This document shows, one piece after another, positions 11,517 through 24,394 of a DNA stretch of 64,000 nt. Every line of letters starts with the position of its first letter. Position 1 is the stretch's first letter. The stretch is from Trichinella spiralis (Eukaryota): positions 380,660-444,659 of the forward strand of contig NW_003526940.1 in assembly GCF_000181795.1 (NCBI RefSeq), given 5' to 3'. Both the position numbers and the translations under genes were made by a program. Under the pieces are notes generated by a model. That model saw only the letters and a list, made by a program, of their open reading frames with translations. It made no database searches and was not told the DNA's origin.

Positions 11517-14500
11517 GGTTTAGTCTCGTTTTTGCCATCAAAGGCATGCCGCTCAAAATTTGATTGGCTTTAAATTTTATTGGTTTTCAAGCCAATGAGC
11601 GCAACTAAATTTTAGTGGTGGTCGTTGTGGTGAATTTTATTTGTTGTCGCGCGGCTAAATTTCACTGGTTGTGGTTGTGATAAATTTCATTTGTTTTCGC
11701 AAACCTAAATTTTAATGGTTGTCGTTGTAGTGCTTTCTATTTGTCGAATTTCGGTTACTCTTCAATGGTCAGTTTTCTGATATTCAAAGCTTAACTTTTT
11801 TTATTCCACATATATTAGTAGTAGCATTAAGTAAAATTAAAAGTTGACTATCATTTCAAAATTATAATCTTAAAAGCAAATTTTCTTCCGATTACATTTT
11901 TGTGTATATGCTGATCACACCATAGAAATTTGCTTATCTTTAAGGTATGCTAACTCAGTTTATTGCTTGTGTACTATACAGCATTTTATAGAACTTGTTC
12001 AAAAGTATCCTTTCCAAGTTGTGAATTAGATAATTATAATTTTCAGTGGTGAAAATTTATTCAGTGGTAAAAACTATAAAACTATATAGAAGACAATACA
12101 ATACAACATTATAATACAACACAATACAAGACATTGCAATATGATATACTATAATACAAACAAGAATAAACACTACGAAGAATAAGAAAATATAAAATAA
12201 AGGTGCAGGGAAGGTGGCACTCAGAAGTTAATCGGCTCAGGGACATCATACGCAACAGCTTTTAAGAACTGCTCCATTGTACGCGTTCCGCCATCATATT
12301 CAGCAGTCAACGCTGTTATGCGTAGCTGCACCTCTTCATATTTACTGTTCTTTATTCGTAAATCGTTGGCGGTAACGCGTCCTGACGTCACCTGCTGAAT
12401 CAACGTTTCCGTTGATCCTTGCTCATCAATCAGCAATTGGAGCAGTTCATAAAAGCTGAGGTGATGTTTCCCCGCTTGCCGGTTCATTTTCAAGTGCCAA
12501 CCTTCTAAGTGATTATTTGTTCGTGTCTGTACATTATATACATTCCATAACGGCAGCTTGTTGGGGGTCATCCATTCTCTTCGGAAGTAATCAAACAAGG
12601 CTGCTATTAGACCCGTAACGTTTCTGCCAAGCAGACCCACGGCAGCAGGTACCTCAGGAAGTGGCAAAAATGCTGTTGCCATCAGCATTTTGATCTTCTT
12701 TTTTGTTTCCGCTTCGTGAAGGTACCTGGTTCACAATCCAAGCTCTGCCACTTTCCGCAGAACTGCTTGGCAGAAGTGAAAATAGCAACCTTGTATTTGA
12801 ACGCCCGGGAACGATGCCTGCACCGCAGGGATAAAGGCAGTTTCGAAATCGCAAATCACAGTTTGCGGCTGAAGGACAACCCCTAACGCTGCCGCTTTTA
12901 AAATTAAATTATCGAAAATTTCATGATATGTTGGGAGATCTCTTCTAACTGTTAAACAATATACAAGTGGTATTAATTTACCTTCTTTAAACACATGAAT
13001 GCTGAACATCTGATGGTACCATTCAGGAACAATTTTAAATGTTCCATCCATGCACCAGACAGTATGTCCAGCCAACTCCCGTATATTTTCATCTGTACAA
13101 AATATTAAAACAGAATTATGTACATTATTATACATCAAAAACTGCCGGCCAGACTTCGTAACACGCCATTGTGCTGGAATTTCCAGCTGCTGGCGTGTTG
13201 CTGGCAGTGGTGGAAAACGTTTGGCCCGGCTTCTGTACATGGCCGCTTCCACTTTTTTGTATGTTGGAAACTGACTAGCAGTTTCCAAACTGGTGGATGC
13301 ATTGCTACATTCTTCGTTATATATCTGCGGCACTGGCTTTGTTTCCTCCCCTGCGCGGCGTTAAAGAGTGTTCTTCTTCTCCATTTTATACAATATGTAG
13401 TCGTCGGCAGTGCACGTTACTGCATGCGGTGCTGTTCTCAAAACCGTGTTTACTTCGAGGTTGGTGTAAACTGTACCTCTACATCCACTTCTCACCTGCA
13501 TGAGAAATCAGAATGCTGACTGATAAAAATAGCATATTATAATAATGAAATATTATTTACCCGTTGGCAAACCCACTGTTTGTCTTCAAAATTTGTGTGT
13601 CTTAGGAGATGAACTCTACCTTCATACACTAAGTTGTAGTTATTTCGATTATTTAAAACCAAATGCAAATCAGCAGCCATGAAAGAAGATGAATCAAAGC
13701 GAAGTCAAGCACACAGAACAGAAAACTGGTAAAATGGTGAAAACGGGGTTCACCTCTGATTATATGTAAAATTCTGCTCCTACGGTTTGTAACTAACTTT
13801 GTTGCTTGTTGAAATTTGCCGGTTTAGTCTCGTTATTCCCTTCAACATTTCGTTATCATTGAAAATACAAGTTGGAAGGTTACAAATGCAAATGGTAAAG
13901 TAATGGCAACTTAAGTGTACACCAACGCACTAGTCAGTTTAGTTCAGATGTTGAAAAACAGTTTAAAATTTACACAAAATGTACAACCACATGTTTCTTT
14001 ATTTTTAAATAAAATTCAAGATTTTTATTTTTTTATTAACATGAAACATAAGAAGAAAAACAATAACTCTGGTGAACGGAAGCCAAAGAAACAGTGAAGA
14101 GAGTAAAGATAAAATTTTCCTTTGTACTTGAATAGCCCTTAGCTACTCTTCAGAAAAGTTTCTGACAAAATGAAAAGCATCTTGTGCATAAATCTCGTTA
14201 AATTGCTAGCTAAAACGTAATTTATCTTACGAGCAAAGCAACTGTTGGTTGACATTCTTTGAAACAATATTTATCAACGTGGATGGATAAAAGTAAAGCA
14301 CTTAGAAAGCGGAAAGAAAGCGTTGGACAGCACCAAGCAGAACAGCTGCTGAAGCTTTTTCATTTCACGGGGCAGAGGATATTGCATACTTTGATATCAG
14401 CTTTGGTGCGCCATTTGTGGATAAATTAAAACTGTTGGCCCCATTTCCAAATTTTTCAGACAGATTATCGATTTTCCTACATCTTGCATGGAAGTGGACA

Positions 14501-15303
14501 TTGAATCGAGAAAAAATTTGAACAAGCAAAACATTCAGTTACAAAACATAGGAGAAGGTTGATATTCCTATGGACAATGCTTAAGGTCTCAGACGAAAAT
14601 TTTTTCTTTTACTATTCCTTGTTCTCTTTATGTCTGATAATTCTGATTTGCTTCTTGTAAGCAACCGTTGCAGTAAAACGTCCCTTGTTTTTGAAGCGAG
14701 GGCATACAAACTGAAACACCGGCAAACAGAAGAAATATCAGGGATGTTCCACAGTGTACACTCAATGTGCATCATGTGTTTACTGTTTTTAAAGAATAGT
14801 TTATTTTGATATAAAATAGGCTGCAGGGGTGCAATGTGTACAAATTTAAAAGCCACGGATGCTATTAGTAAGAAAGATCACTTGGAAACTTGCGCGGTGG
14901 ATTCACCATTTTACTGAATATTATTAAATAATTAACTGTAATTAATTTCATTAAATAAGTACCATTAAACAGTAATTTTTTAAATATATATAGGATATAA
15001 ATAGTATAGATTTGAATATCAGCAAACTGACCATTGAAGAAAAACTGAAATTTGACAAATAGAACGCATTACAAGGACAACCAGTAAAATTTAGGTCCGC
15101 GAAAACAAATAAAATTCATCACAGCCACAACCAGTGAAATTTCGCAGCGCGATAACAAATAAAATTCATCACAACGACAATCAATGAAAGTTAGTCAGCT
15201 TGTAAACCAATGAAATTTAAAGCCAATTAAATTTGGATGGGAAATTTATAGCCAATCAAATTTCGAGGCGGCATGTCTTTGATGGCAAAAATGAGTCTAC
15301 CCC
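11517..15303 (-). mobile_element. Full-length MULE/Mutator element (about 3.8 kb) with about 290-bp TIRs
   Basis: TSD GCCTTTGAAG at 11507-11516 and 15304-15313. TIR TTTTTGCCATCAAAGGCATGCCGC versus GCGGCATGTCTTTGATGGCAAAAA. Encloses a transposase. Confidence 0.9.
12221..13680 (-). pseudogene. MULE transposase, nearly complete but frameshifted
   Basis: Exon 13680-13561 (MAADLHLVLNNRNNYNLVYEGR...WVCQR), intron 13560-13496, then MDGTFKIVP, ICDFE, GCYFHFCQAV and RTNNHLEGWH. Frame breaks occur near 13360 and 12730. Confidence 0.92.
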
Positions 15304-16805
15304 GCCTTTGAAGTACACTCGGGTAGTAGACCCTTTATGTCATGGAGAAAAAAATAGCACCTAAAAAGACAAGTAATGAGAATAGTTTCACAATTCTCAG
15401 TTTCATGGAAAATGCAACAAATGCGTCATGTGTGGACTCGATTTAAAACGCTCTTCTAGAAGGGGGAAATAATGTAACGCCCGGAAGCTCAGGGCATTAT
15501 CTCATTTGATAATTGCTTTTAAAGGTTTGCCTGCTGTGGATGACAAGAACAACAAGCATGCCAAGCATGCAACAGACAAGTTTGCCTCCGCTGCACAACA
15601 TGAAAAAACGCAGCTGATTAATAATAGCAAAGAGCACACGCGTTACATGTTACACAAACTTTAGAATATGGCCAGTGTTTTCTGTTTACATGAGTAATTT
15701 TACTTTGTACGCGCTGCTTTCATGAACAAAGCACATACCGCAACAGCAGGCCGTCGTAACTGCAGAATCGCGAAAGCAAGACAACAACAATAAAAATTAA
15801 AAATTTCTATTCTGTTAATTTTAAATTCTGCAATTGAAACTTTGACCTTTGTCTTACCTTCAATTTTAATCACCTTGTTGTTTTTCAACATCTGCCTTGG
15901 CATCATCGTGAATAAATTGAAATTGTTGACGCTGCATTCACAATTTTTCATACGAATTCTGAAATTTTACCCAAGAGTTCTGTTAGCCTTAGTGCGTGAA
16001 ACACTTGCTGAAAACTGCTTGCTACTGGACCACATCTGGACAGCTCACAAAACGCAAATTCAGAAGCTGACTTCCCTTAAATTGTCACTTTCATGAGTAT
16101 GATTTTATTCCAAATTTTAGTCAGCCACTGATCGTTAAGCTGCACTTTATGCAGTAAATGAGATTAAAAGAATAGATTGCTAATACAAGAAACAGTTGCA
16201 GCACAGGGTAATAAACTGTATGTAGTATGACTATTTTCAGTTATTCTTATGCAATATTATACATCTCCCTAAACAGCATTGTTTATTCCACATTCAAACG
16301 CTTATATACCCAAAAATAAAAATAATAAAAATGAACCATAATAAAATCATGGATGTTGATGGAACATGAATTTTTTTATTGGTTGAACAAAATTTTGTTT
16401 AATCTATATTGTCCCCAGGGAATTGGTTTCTTTTATTTTAACAAAAATTTCCAAATAAACTGGTTTTCAATATTTTCCAAAAAATTAAAGGGATGGGTTT
16501 CCCAAGCCTATGGCTATTTTGAAAAAAACCCAAAAAAATGGCAAATGGAAAAAACCGGTGGGGGAGTACCCCTTAAATGGTTTAAAAGAATATTTTTTTT
16601 TTGGAAGGATTTTTGGTCCAGGGGAAACAAAAAAAAAATGGTTAAAGCCCCAAAATAATGAAAAATTTTTTTTTGGGGGCGGGTCATAATAATATTTCAT
16701 AATTTAAATAAATTTTGGAAAAAAATCGGCCAATTTTTGGTTAAATGGAAAATTGCCCTTCCCATCAAAAAATAAAAACTTTTCCCCCGCGGGAAAATTC
16801 CCCCC

Positions 16806-17291
16806 NNNNNNNNNNNNNNNNNNNNNNNNNNNNNNNNNNNNNNNNNNNNNNNNNNNNNNNNNNNNNNNNNNNNNNNNNNNNNNNNNNNNNNNNNNNNNNN
16901 NNNNNNNNNNNNNNNNNNNNNNNNNNNNNNNNNNNNNNNNNNNNNNNNNNNNNNNNNNNNNNNNNNNNNNNNNNNNNNNNNNNNNNNNNNNNNNNNNNNN
17001 NNNNNNNNNNNNNNNNNNNNNNNNNNNNNNNNNNNNNNNNNNNNNNNNNNNNNNNNNNNNNNNNNNNNNNNNNNNNNNNNNNNNNNNNNNNNNNNNNNNN
17101 NNNNNNNNNNNNNNNNNNNNNNNNNNNNNNNNNNNNNNNNNNNNNNNNNNNNNNNNNNNNNNNNNNNNNNNNNNNNNNNNNNNNNNNNNNNNNNNNNNNN
17201 NNNNNNNNNNNNNNNNNNNNNNNNNNNNNNNNNNNNNNNNNNNNNNNNNNNNNNNNNNNNNNNNNNNNNNNNNNNNNNNNNNNNNNNNNNN
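16806..17291. other. Assembly gap (486 N), preceded by low-quality homopolymer-rich read end (about 16350-16805)
   Basis: Run of N; runs of A/T/G/C increase towards the gap. Confidence 0.97.
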
Positions 17292-17319
17292 ACATTTTCA
17301 TTTTTTATGTTACGTCACT

Positions 17320-17595
17320 ATTATTAAAGTTACGTAATCCTAAATGGAATATTTGAACCAATGAAATGAAAAAATATTACAGCTAATCACAAGGGAAAGA
17401 TTTGAATCAATGAGCAATTAGACAAGGAAAACCAATACGAAAAAGACTTTACGGTCTAATAAGATAGCGAGGTCAACGACGAATAATAAAATAGCGAGGA
17501 CAACGACCAATAAATGAAAAGTGGGACCGGCAGGGATATCAGTCAAAAACAGCGTTGTGTACAAAATATACCCCACTTGACCCAAGAAGGGTTAG
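17320..17595. repeat. Right-end-type TIR/subterminal region of a DNA transposon lying in or left of the gap
   Basis: CCAAT-like motifs at 24-27 bp spacing, a 27-bp tandem ATAGCGAGG(T/A)CAACGAC, an inverted homologue at about 21000-21065, and similarity to bases 1-24. Confidence 0.55.
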
Positions 17596-17864
17596 AATAT
17601 GTTTATAATAATTTTAATCAGTTTGGTTTTTTAAATCAGTCTCGATGCAGATTGAACAACAGAGTTGTTTTTGATTAAATCTTCGATATCAATTATGATG
17701 GCATGTTATTTTGATAAAGATTATCATTTGCTCATAACTCTAAATAATAATTTTGATTTTTAAACGTTCTTTTTTCTGTTATCCCTTTTATGCTTAACTT
17801 CAGTTGTAGAAGATGACTATGGGGTCATTACCGTGCAGTATAAAATCTTAAATATCACCTATTC

Positions 17865-18190
17865 CAGGCGCGGCAGTAAGACCGCCGCCATCGCAAGAAG
17901 ACCAGACGAACAATCGTTAAAAAGAGTGGCGTAATACGTGATTATCAGAAAAGATACGGTATGAGTTGGCGGAAAAAGTTAACTAGCTAATGTTGTTGGT
18001 GCGGTGCGCTGTTGGTCGACCGTGGTGTGATTTAGTGTCTTGATTGTTTTTCTCTCGTTGTATTAAAGCACTGTATTATACTGAGTTGTTTGTTCTCTGT
18101 TTACTCGATGCCATCAAGTAAACGCGAGCGCGCACAAAAGATCAACGCAAACGGCGAGGATAGTCGCGTAAACCCGGAAACGCAGGCCAA
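17865..18190 (+). repeat. Degraded third member of the solo-LTR family
   Basis: GC-richer block with ATCAGAAAAGATACGGT (compare the reverse complement of ~10301-10319) and ATGCCATCAAGTAAACGCGAG (compare 3728). Ends are unclear. Confidence 0.55.
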
Positions 18191-18454
18191 TCTATTGCAT
18201 TGCAAAGTTAAGTTTGATGAACAGTCAAGTTATCAATAATTCAGTAGTGCAAACAATAAAGTATGTAAAATGTTTTATTCAAAAATTATAATTCGTAAAT
18301 TTATAATAATAACAATAATATTTTAACAGAATAGGCTTCTTGTAATTTAAAAATAGACAAACAATGAAATATAAACTAGTGAACAATAATTAATTGATAA
18401 TTAGGATGAGTTAAAATTTTTTGAAAAGTTTCAATAGCATTGCTATCGACAAAT

Positions 18455-18838
18455 TTATAAATTATAATGAATCGAGATTGGAATACGATTCAAAATTTCA
18501 CAGATTTGTAAAAAATCTTGGTCAAATTTCTTCTCCATTAACGGCAAGATGACAGCCGTTTCAATAGTCAGGCGTTCTTCTGGTCCTTTGCTGTAGTTGA
18601 ATGGAAACAAAACCAGATGGATGTTCACTGCAGAATTCGGCTCCAATACACCAGAGGATGGACTGATGGTAATCTTCTTTCCCAAATTCGATTTTACAAC
18701 CCACATGATTGGCTTTTCCGATTTATTATGCAAACGCATCATGGTCTGCTGGCGAGTCGTGAATGGAGCATTGAAACTGACCCGCAGACCCGGTTGAAGG
18801 AGAACATCGTGTGCACCTGGAATTTCACTCTCAGCCAT
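18455..18838 (-). CDS. MSP (major sperm protein) domain protein, 127 aa, intronless
   Basis: Size and pattern match MSP/SSP: LQPGLRVSFNAPF, MRLHNKSEKPIMWVVKS, ISPSSGVLEP, ERLTIE, RIPISIHYNL. Confidence 0.88.
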   Translation of the reverse strand: MAESEIPGAHDVLLQPGLRVSFNAPFTTRQQTMMRLHNKSEKPIMWVVKSNLGKKITISPSSGVLEPNSAVNIHLVLFPFNYSKGPEERLTIETAVILPLMEKKFDQDFLQICEILNRIPISIHYNL

Positions 18839-20229
18839 AGCGACTACCGTTCTTGCAAAAAGAATGCCACAAACTAAATTCTAATCTAACCAACAAGCTA
18901 TTGATGCTGCTGAAAAAAACTTTTAAAGTGGTTTAATTTAAACAATTTTTAACTTAATGTTTTTGTTTAAATTTGAAAAGAAATCACTTTAAAATAAATC
19001 CGTTGCATATTACATAATTAGTTAATACCTGACATTTTTATACAATTATTAAAATTGTATTAAATAATATATTTTTCATAATTTTTCGTGTAGTCTTTTA
19101 CGAAGACTGCAAATTTCAACTTTTACAATTAATGTAGCCGTTCAAAAACATTTGAATTATTAACTGCAATGTTAACTGTGCAATTAATTTACATATTACA
19201 AAGTTTCAAATTTCCTGACCACTGCTTGCACTGTGACGTTCTTGCTATGTCCTGTTTTAGCTTATAGAAGTGTTTTCACTTCTGAACAGTAATGTTAAAA
19301 TGTAGAACCTTGCATCTTTACAAAAATTCTTTGATATACTATTGAAAATGATTATTCAAAGGTAAATAATTGCATTAATGATATGGGAGTATTTGAACGT
19401 GAATTATTTTGTCTTACTCTATACGCTGTAACCCTTTGATTTAATGAATAAATATGATAACACAACTGCAATATTTCACTGAGCAGTAGAGGTATCATCA
19501 CTTTTTCCCAATCCTCAGCGATGTTATTTTATATATCACATTAATCTGTTCACTTGTGAAATAAATTTGAAAATTTCCCGTCTGATTGTCAAAATAAGTC
19601 CAAAATGAATTAATCGTTTTCAAATTTTGATTTGATACTTGCATTACAAAATTTTGCAAAATATTTTCAAAGCGTGTTAGAAGCTTCTTACGCGTGTTTC
19701 ACCATCATAAAATTGTCAATGAAGCATGCTACTTCTTCCATAGCAGAACGGTGAATAATGAGTGCTTTTTCAATTTTATGACTGAGAAGAACACCATTTC
19801 AACAAGGGTTGCAGTTTTGAATTTGCATTTGGATAATGAAGAAATTTAATTTACAAAGAACAATTCAAGACTGTTAATCCTACCTTTCTTCATTTCACTT
19901 CTCAGTCTTTACCACTAGCTTGTGTTATTTTATGTGTTGTAGGTCAGAGATTTTGATAATAGAAACAAATAACGATGAAATTCACTTTGTATCTCACGAT
20001 AACAATAAAAGGGAATTCACAATGGGAGGTGCTACACGCTCAAATGCACAAAAATCATAATGATAAATTCTGGTTGGGTACAAAGGTGAAAAGAATGGTT
20101 TAACTTGCCACATTATTATTATGATATCACAAGCAATCCATTTTTTAAATTTAGAGATTAGTCGGCTGCCGTGGCGCAATCACCACAAATTTAAAATGGA
20201 CCTTTTTCATATTTATGCGTTATTATTGT

Positions 20230-21100
20230 ATTGTATTGCATTGTATATTTTTTCACACTGTACATATTGTAATATAGTTCGCATTCGCTTGTTTGTTGCT
20301 GCAAAATGAAACTTTGTACATTTTTTTACCTAGTGCTGATAGGAGTTTGACGAACAGCAGAAAAGTTTCTGTGCAGATTATTTGAAGAAATAAAGTAAGA
20401 AAAGCAATTTATCGCTTGAAATAATTTCCTGTAATCGGTAAATATGAAACTATGAAGCGTTTTAAAAGCATTATTTTTAAAGACCAGTGTGCCTTCAATT
20501 AAACAGCAAGGTAACCTGAAATATCACTACGCTTTGCCATATAATGTGAAACCTCTTTTTTAATTTTGTACTTAAAAATATCTACATGAAGACTGAGAAA
20601 ATGTAAAGAAGTTAAAGAAGTTTTGGAATTGTATAATTCATTCTCGTTAGCGCAAAAGCAAAAGTTATGCTAAAGATTTTCTACCGTTAAAATAAATTTT
20701 GACTATTACGCACATTATGTCTCAAAAAAACGTATGTCTGCAAAAATGCAGCATGTGATTATCTATGCCTATATAAGGTAAGATAGTAGCAAAAACTGCA
20801 CTGATAGCTCGGACAAAATTTGATAAGAAACATACAATCACTGATCAAAGCTGATTAACGGGATGTTCCAGGTCGGTACAATTTTTCCACCGCGTTTTTT
20901 TACATCGGCTTGTTGACATCGGCTTTTCATTGCATGTTTATCGCCTAGTCAGACTGATTTTAATTTTCGAATTGTTCATTGATTCGAACATTCCTGATTT
21001 GATAAGTTTTAATATTTTTCATTCCATTGGTCCAGATATTTTCATTTACGATTACGTAATTTTATGACCTAACTTCATTATCTCCAAAGTTTTACTAAAT
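20230..21100. repeat. Two abutting TE fragments: homologue of the first MULE's 3' region (about 20230-20860) and a left-end-type TIR (about 20870-21100)
   Basis: Diverged match to 3445-3489 plus 3869-4440. 21000-21065 is an inverted match to 17320-17390. Confidence 0.55.
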
Positions 21101-22054
21101 TAATTTTTATCAACATTTATGTTTCTGTGAATGAAGTTATCTTAATATGAACAATATGAAAAATAAAAAAATATCACATAAAACGTAAAGCATTTTACAC
21201 GAATAATTGAATTCTTCAAATGGAAGTTCAAAATAAAAAATCAATAAAAAATAATTTCAAAAATGTCATTAATTAAAAAAATCCCCCACTAATTAAAGAT
21301 CTATTCAGAAGAGCCAATAAACGCTTTGTTTGCGTATTGGTTTTATCAAAGCTATAATCTGATAAATTGCTTAGCTAGCATTTCAATGCATTTGAGTAGT
21401 AAATGACTCAAAGTCATTGAAAAATACCTTTCCATGTAATACTGTAAATGAGTGGTCTTTCACACGAAATACGATTAGAATGGAATTGATTACTACAAAT
21501 GATCACAGAAAACTAGCTAAAGCATTTTATAAGTGGATGAAAAAAATGATAACTTAAAATGATACAATTACATAAAATCTCAGGCCAATTCATTTTTGAT
21601 AAAAGTGCAATGCAAGAATAAAGCGCAACCAATAACAGATAAACAAAGCGATACCAAATATAGCAAAAGTAATGACATATGCTATGGCAGAGCGCATGAA
21701 TGTATAAGCCCATCTATTATCTCATAATTTTTTATTTTTTCGTTATATTTAAATGAATCTGAATGTGCATTTGTGCCTTTTTAGGACTATGCAGTATATC
21801 CACGGGTGCTTGAAGAAGCTGCTTCATTAGCCAATAAATTCCTTTTGTCATTAAGTATAATTAATAAATTATTTCATTTTCATTATTTTAAAGTAATCAT
21901 TAATATTACATTAAAACCTACAATATGATGTATAAACTTTAAAAACACTGATGACGTTGTTTAAAGGGATACTTTAAAGTGTTTATCAATTTTGAAAGTT
22001 CGTCAAGAGTGTTTTCATTTGCATTGCTGAACGAAGCAGCAGCACATCGATACA

Positions 22055-23053
22055 ATGAACGAAGTAAGTTTTGCGCAGTAGCTTTTTTATATTAATAACT
22101 TGCATCTCTAAATTTCTGATAAATTCCTATTTAAAATATTAAAATTTGAAACTTTTATTTCCAACTGCATGATATTTAATTATTGCATTTATTAGTGAAA
22201 TTTGTTTGCTGCTAAAAATACAGGTTAAAATTTTTGAAGCACCAGCAATATTTTAATTCATATGTCATTTTGAATAACATTTTATTCCAACATATTTAAC
22301 TAACCGGTGTCTTTTCAGGAATACTCGTCGTACCATGTTGACGAAGATTCGGAACAAATCTCATTGACTTTACAGTCAGTGCAGAGTGATGATGTTTCGA
22401 GTTTATCGTCTTTTACTTTAACAGAGACAGCTTCAATGCGTAGCGAAATGGAAGATAGTGAGGCTCTGCAGTTGAACATGCAATCAGAAGGTGATGATGA
22501 AGCTTTCACTCTTACAGCAGAGTCATGGATAACAGATGAAGAATGCAGTGAAGCTACTGAAGATGATACGGAAAAATCCTTTAATTACTATGTCACGATC
22601 TATCCGAAATGTAAGTTATTACTTCACAAATAAATAAATTTCAAAGAAATACTTTTTTCAATTATTTATTTAGTTTAACTAGTTTATTTTAATAACTTAT
22701 TGAGTAGTTAATAATTTGCAAATTAAAAGGTTTACTTGTTAGAGAAAATTAACGTTTTTACATACCTTTTTTTATCTACTTACTTCTTTTTCTATTTCTT
22801 AACTTACCTACTTAATTATCTTGTTTAAAAAATATCGGAAATATGAGTGCTGTTTATGAACAATGCATTTTTTTAAGCTGATAAAGAAATTGCTATGATA
22901 GAAGCGGAGACGAAGAAACGATATTACACCATCAGTGACGACAGTTTTGATTGCGAAGCAGTTATGGAATCGCTTTCAAGTGTGAATTTTAATCCAGCAG
23001 ATGTTTCTTCATCTGAAAGCTTCACCTTGAATGATGAAAATACTGAAGAATGA
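22055..23053 (+). CDS. Hypothetical acidic Ser/Glu/Asp-rich protein, 158 aa, 3 exons (22055-22063, 22319-22610, 22878-23053)
   Basis: Canonical GTAAG donors, TTTCAG/TTTAAG acceptors, compatible phases, 477 nt open to TGA, downstream AATAAA. Confidence 0.7.
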
Positions 23054-24394
23054 TGAAATATCATTCATTTCACTTATTTCATTTCTTTTCACTCTCTCAA
23101 TTATTATCATAAATCTAACTGCTAATAGTCAATGTTTAATTTGATTTTGTTTTGCTGTTTAATATTGTTTAATTTATGTTAATCGCCTAAAGCAATTTAT
23201 TGTTCGAAATAAAAATTAATCATCATTATTCAGTGAACTTTTCACTATATTGAACTATATTAAATAAAATTAATATTTGGATTTTAATCGTTGCTCTTGT
23301 TTGATCAATCTTACCTCTGTTTATTTTTCCTTTCTAAGTAGTTGCTTCTTTTTACTTGTTATTAAAGTTTGGTTGCTTGTTATTTAAAACTTTGCTTACC
23401 GTAATGGTTGAATTAATTATTCAATGATGGAACAAATTTTCCCCGCATTTTATGATAAAAAAATAATTTGCTTTACTGGTTGTTTCATTTGATTGAATAA
23501 TAATGTAATCCATTCTGTGACAACTTTCATTGTTTTTTTAGCAATTAAATGCTTATTATTGTTTGAATTTAAATTTATTATTTGAACAGCATTTTAATAA
23601 TTCATGTAACAATCAAATGTGCATGTGTGCACAAAAGCGACGTTAATAAAAAATATAAAAGTTCCATTAAATATAGTTATAGAAGTTAAAACAGTGTCAC
23701 ATATATGATAAAATGCAGCAATCATAAGCATAGGTTGCAATGATCATAATAAGTTAATTGCACAATTGTTGTAAATTGATTTAACTGATGGCAGTTTAGC
23801 GTATGAATTCAAAATAATTTATTCTTCATATTTTATTTCTTGAAACTTGAATATACTGCGCATTTTATTATTTTATTTTTATTGAATTACTTAAATACAT
23901 ACATGAGTTTATACAAATTTCATTTGTTCAACGTTATTGTTTATGAAACTACTTAATAATAATACATTTGAACAATATTTAAATAATTCATGAACAAAAA
24001 AATTTGAATATGATAATAATGCATCGCTTTTTTATCAAAGATAAGTTTGACTTCTTTAAATGTGACTTATCTCATTTCAGCTTTTCCGATGCATTATGAT
24101 TTATTATTATTAACTTTATTGAATAATCACTATTGTTAAAAAAAAGAAATTATTTTTATCGGTGTCATAATTCGAAGAATATTACAATAAATGCTCTAAA
24201 TAACAGAAACTAAATGATGAAGCTAAATACCAAAACAAGCAATAAATCGAATTTATTATTATGATAAAAATAAGAATTTGCTGTTATTTTAATGGGATAG
24301 TGCTTAAACTTTAATATTCTTAAATTTTTAAAATTATAAAAAGTCGTTTCTGTAATAAATATACATTGTAAAGACAATACAGAAAGTATTGCAG

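Larger units (their letters stand above)
10622..15332. mobile_element. Non-autonomous MULE/MITE (about 0.9 kb: 10622-11516 plus 15314-15332) whose right TIR is split by a nested MULE
   Basis: 9-bp TSD CTTTATGTC at 10613-10621 and 15333-15341. Long TIRs (about 10622-10870 versus 11310-11516). The reconstructed right end aligns without gaps to the left end over 36 bp. Confidence 0.85.

Noticed and set aside
16353..17356. ORFs at 16353-16700 and ORFs spanning the N run
   Set aside because: Low-quality read end and gap artefacts.
4418..17511. CRISPR-like reading of the periodic motifs
   Set aside because: The repeats are 5-bp motifs in transposon termini of a eukaryote; there are no cas genes or 25-45 bp identical repeats.
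9770..17595. One large element pairing the 9770-9900 left-type end with the 17320-17595 right-type end
   Set aside because: Only weak similarity beyond the periodic motif, no TSD, and a gap in between.
19480..19530. Tc1-like EDWEKV peptide on the minus strand
   Set aside because: Too short; no following SDE motif or TIRs.
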